DNA from: an uncultured Candidatus Saccharibacteria bacterium | GTDB lineage: Bacteria > Patescibacteriota > Minisyncoccia > Minisyncoccales > Paceibacteraceae | Direction of reading: 5' to 3' | Length of the DNA stretch: 53,433 nucleotides | Assembly (NCBI GenBank): GCA_964459265.1 | Contig: CAYWKA010000003.1 | Location: forward strand, 1-53,433 | In this document: piece after piece, positions 50,808-53,433 of the stretch | How the letters are laid out: every line of letters starts with the position of its first letter | Position numbering within the stretch: position 1 is the stretch's first letter | Translations under genes and position numbers: made by a program | Notes under the pieces: generated by a model | The model's input: the letters and a program-made list of their open reading frames with translations, nothing else | Databases searched by the model: none | Told to the model about the DNA's origin: nothing

Positions 50808-51720
50808 AGGAATTGAAGCTGATTTTCGGGGGAAAGAGGGGATAGAAAAGTTTTTAAGAGAAAAAAAGAAAAAGTATGAAAAACTTTCTGGAAGAGAGAA
50901 AGAAGAATTTGACATAGAATCCTTAGAAAATCCTTATTTAGACTCAAGAATTTACCATATTGCTGAAGATAAAGAAACCAAAAAAGTAATGGTAGGGATT
51001 GACATTGAACCTGCCGAGCTTTTATTAGCCAAGGAAATCGGCGGTGTAGATTTAGTTATTGCCCATCACCCTTTAGGAAAAGGACTGGCCCATTTGGCCG
51101 ATGTAATGGATTTGCAATGCGACGTTCTGAATCTCTATGGGGTGCCAATTAATATTGCCGAAGGGCTAATGAAAGAAAGAATTGAAGAAGTGGCTAGAGG
51201 GGTAAATAGATTGAACCATCAAAGGACAGTTGATGCAGCTAAACTTTTAAAAATAAACTTAATGAATTCCCATACTCCAGCCGATAATTTAGCCGCTCAA
51301 TTTTTGAAGGAAAAAATTGAAAAAGAAAAACCCGAAAGGATAGAAGGCTTGATGGATTTATTAAAAGAAATTCCAGAATATAAAGAGGCAATTAAGTTTG
51401 GAGCTGGTCCTAAAATTTTTGTAGGAAGCCCCGAGAACAGATGCGGAAAAATTTCCATAGCTGAAATTACTGGTGGTACCGAACCTACTCCTAAAATTTA
51501 TGAAAAAATGGCTCAAGCCGGAATTGGAACGATAATTGGTATGCATATGTCTGAAGATCAAAAAAAGGAAGCTCAAGCAGCAAATATCAATGTGGTTATT
51601 GCCGGCCATATGTCTTCTGACTCTTTAGGCATGAATTTATTCTTAGATGAATTAGAAAAACAAGGAATTGAAATAATTCCCTGTTCCGGGTTAATTAGAG
51701 TTTCTCGCTTAGAAAAATAA
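50770..51720 (+). CDS. NIF3 (DUF34)-family dinuclear-metal protein, divergent
   Basis: VDLVIAHHPL, LMNSHTPADN and VVIAGHMSSD match the conserved His/Asp metal-ligand blocks of NIF3/YbgI proteins. Confidence 0.6.
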   Translation: MKINEIYNLAINKGIEADFRGKEGIEKFLREKKKKYEKLSGREKEEFDIESLENPYLDSRIYHIAEDKETKKVMVGIDIEPAELLLAKEIGGVDLVIAHHPLGKGLAHLADVMDLQCDVLNLYGVPINIAEGLMKERIEEVARGVNRLNHQRTVDAAKLLKINLMNSHTPADNLAAQFLKEKIEKEKPERIEGLMDLLKEIPEYKEAIKFGAGPKIFVGSPENRCGKISIAEITGGTEPTPKIYEKMAQAGIGTIIGMHMSEDQKKEAQAANINVVIAGHMSSDSLGMNLFLDELEKQGIEIIPCSGLIRVSRLEK

Positions 51721-51755
51721 GTTTAAGCCTTACCGCTAGAGCACAATTTTGATCG

Positions 51756-51781
51756 CCGCCTTCACTTAAGAGGCGGTTTTT
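51756..51781 (+). terminator. Rho-independent terminator after the NIF3-like gene
   Basis: CCGCCT-TCACTTAAG-AGGCGG followed by TTTTT. Confidence 0.6.
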
Positions 51782-51921
51782 CTATATGTTCGGCGTCTAC
51801 ACGCATCTTGTTTCGCGACATTTTCAAAAAAATGCTATTTGAATTTCGGTAAAAATAGAGATGCACCGGCGCACAAAAACAAAGTCCCAGGTACGGTGTG
51901 TAATTGTAATACCCAGGACTT

Positions 51922-53322
51922 TTATATGTAATAATAGACGTAATAACCCTTGGTTGACCTTGAGATTTCTTCCAGCTGTTCTTTTTTGTCTTGAGAGATA
52001 ACCTCTTTTAAGGATATTACTCTCCCTTGGTCAAAGACCAGCAAATCTAAACCGGTATTGAATCCGCCAATATACTCTGTATGGCTTAGTTTATTACCCG
52101 CTTCAACGGAGAAAGCGGTTTGTTCTTGGGCTGTCTCGAACTTTTTACAGGAAAGATTTTCAGGCTCAATAAAGTGTCCAAGTACGCCAGGATAATAGTG
52201 GTCTAAAGCCATTTTCAGCCAATCGTCGTTGTGTGTAAGCAGCTGTTTTTTGGTGATGACCTTTTGTTCGTATAGCGGCTTAACTAGATTTTTCAATAAA
52301 CAATCAAGGGCTCTGGAATAAGGATTATAGAGTAATTCCTGGAACTCATAGGCTCTAAGCAGAAGAAAGCGGAAAAGCCGTTCGGCATCTATGAAGGCAA
52401 ATTCAGTCCGGTCGGCAGTAAATTTGATGTCTTGCCAAACATCCATAACCAAAGGGTGAGTCAAACAGAAGTCCCTTATTTTTCCCGGTCGCTGACGGCC
52501 AACATGATAACAATCCAGAGCGGTATAACAGATTTTATCAATAGCATCCAAAAGCCTACCGAATAATCCTTGATTTTTAACCATCTTTTGGGCAAAAGAC
52601 AGATTAAAGCCGAACTGCTCAGACCACTTTTTAGTCAGACCATAATGTCTGATTGACCAGGCAAAGTTTTTTTCCTCGTCCAGTTCTTTTGGGTCCACTC
52701 TTTTTACCGAATCACCGCCAGCCGGTATTGCAATATCGTGGCAGCCAGCCGTTAAAACCTTATCGATTCTTGCTTTTTGAGGAAAATCATTACGAGCTAG
52801 TATAACTTCCATTAAGATAGCCACCAATAAAGAGTGAAGGCCGCGGCTATGGGGGAATTGGTGAGTTAAGTAAATAATAGTGTAATCTTTCTCCCATTCT
52901 TCGGGCCGTGGCGGCACTAAATAACCAAGTTGGCTAATACCGCTTAATCTCCAAAAAGCTTCATAGCTAGTTAATGTATGGAACAAACCTTCTCCATCAA
53001 GATCAACATAAAAATCCGTTGAGCTAAAGGGGAACATCCATTGCTGGAAACCGATTGGGTCTCCAAAATCGTCAATTACGAAAATGTGTTCGTCCCGAGG
53101 GATAATAAAAACTTCGGGATGGCGAGAATCAGCAAATTCCATAACAGACGTTTCTCTTCCTCCTATTGCCTCCACCGCTTTTTCCGCTGTTTTTATTTCG
53201 CCGTGGCGGCGCATATGGCGACGAATAGCCTTTTGTTTCGTTCTTAAATCAGGATGCTCTCCGAAAGTGCGCGGAGTTATTTCAGAAGAAGGCAAAAGAA
53301 GAAATTTGTCTACTTTATCCAT
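51922..53322 (-). CDS. Divergent HD-domain phosphohydrolase (SAMHD1/dGTPase-like core) with an N-terminal extension
   Basis: FWRLSGISQLGYLVP...THQFPHSRGLHSLLVA...LTAGCHDIAIPAGGDS follows the RL..I.QLG...H.RF.HSLGV...HD pattern. The start at ATG 53322 is supported by AAGGAGG 5 nt upstream. Confidence 0.65.
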   Translation of the reverse strand: MDKVDKFLLLPSSEITPRTFGEHPDLRTKQKAIRRHMRRHGEIKTAEKAVEAIGGRETSVMEFADSRHPEVFIIPRDEHIFVIDDFGDPIGFQQWMFPFSSTDFYVDLDGEGLFHTLTSYEAFWRLSGISQLGYLVPPRPEEWEKDYTIIYLTHQFPHSRGLHSLLVAILMEVILARNDFPQKARIDKVLTAGCHDIAIPAGGDSVKRVDPKELDEEKNFAWSIRHYGLTKKWSEQFGFNLSFAQKMVKNQGLFGRLLDAIDKICYTALDCYHVGRQRPGKIRDFCLTHPLVMDVWQDIKFTADRTEFAFIDAERLFRFLLLRAYEFQELLYNPYSRALDCLLKNLVKPLYEQKVITKKQLLTHNDDWLKMALDHYYPGVLGHFIEPENLSCKKFETAQEQTAFSVEAGNKLSHTEYIGGFNTGLDLLVFDQGRVISLKEVISQDKKEQLEEISRSTKGYYVYYYI

Positions 53323-53367
53323 CGGTACCTCCTTTCCAATTTTTAGTATTGGTAGTGTTCTGTTGTG

Positions 53368-53396
53368 TTCATAGCACAAAAAATACAATTTGTCAA
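53368..53396 (-). promoter_or_regulatory. Sigma70-type promoter TTGACA-N17-(TGc)TATGAA for the HD-domain gene
   Basis: The reverse complement reads TTGACAAATTGTATTTTTTGTGCTATGAA. The tracked upstream ATG (53388) lies inside the spacer. Confidence 0.5.
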
Positions 53397-53433
53397 CGCT
53401 GGTTGAATTTTGGGAAAATAAAGTCGAACTTTT

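Noticed and set aside
50615-50947. 110-aa minus-strand ORF between rtcB and the NIF3-like gene
   Set aside because: It is antisense to both the 57-aa basic ORF and the 5' end of the NIF3-like gene. It is Leu/Ser/Phe-rich with no start context.
53323-53388. 22-codon N-terminal extension of the HD-domain ORF
   Set aside because: The upstream ATG lies inside the predicted promoter spacer. ATG 53322 has a perfect AAGGAGG at 5-nt spacing.
1-53433. Alternative genetic code (UGA recoding, as in Gracilibacteria/Absconditabacteria), CRISPR arrays, rRNA genes, IS elements or prophage
   Set aside because: Conserved genes are full length under the standard code, and TGA is used as a stop (e.g. the murE-like/archease ATGA junction at 48198-48201). 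No spaced direct-repeat array, rRNA-like conserved stretch, transposase, integrase or phage structural gene was recognised.

Overview
The window reads as a low-GC chromosomal segment from a Candidate Phyla Radiation (Patescibacteria)-type bacterium using the standard genetic code. That taxonomic call is inferred from gene content, not from a database search. All calls come from motif recognition and hand folding; no searches were run, and GC statements rest on hand counts of a few 60-nt lines. The backbone is housekeeping. It holds two tRNAs, rpsO, pnp, comM, rsmA, the origin-type cluster jag-yidC-yidD-rnpA-rpmH / dnaA-dnaN, a class A PBP, yebC, tsaE, a stand-alone 5'-3' exonuclease, mutM, holA, rpsT, uvrB, a MurE-like ligase, archease, rtcB and a NIF3-like gene. 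Three accessory regions stand out. (1) 9571-21390 is a minimal Gram-positive-type T4SS-like locus. It has a VirB6/TrbL-like protein, a PrgI/VirB3-like protein, a VirB4 ATPase split into two ORFs, and three secreted cysteine-rich proteins. Two of those carry a VirB2-like pilin module fused to large cargo, including a lamin-tail domain. A free-standing pilin paralog lies between two tRNAs at 108-653. No relaxase or coupling protein is visible. (2) 29526-31916 holds a PilB-like ATPase and a ComEA-HhH/lamin-tail fusion. They are separated by a predicted ~150-nt structured RNA on the opposite strand, which has its own consensus promoter and terminator-like 3' end. (3) 33526-42270 is a signalling island. 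It has two V4R/DUF2378-like paralogs, a soluble PAS histidine kinase, three tandem membrane-anchored orphan ABC-type substrate-binding proteins that are visibly more GC-rich than their neighbours, a Cache-HAMP sensor with no output domain, and two stand-alone receivers. Smaller observations include a recurrent TGGTAAAAT promoter box placed for leaderless or near-leaderless mRNAs, an orphan promoter-to-terminator unit at 28076-28412, and a self-contained divergent HD-hydrolase cassette at the right edge. No rRNA, CRISPR array, transposase or integrase was seen.
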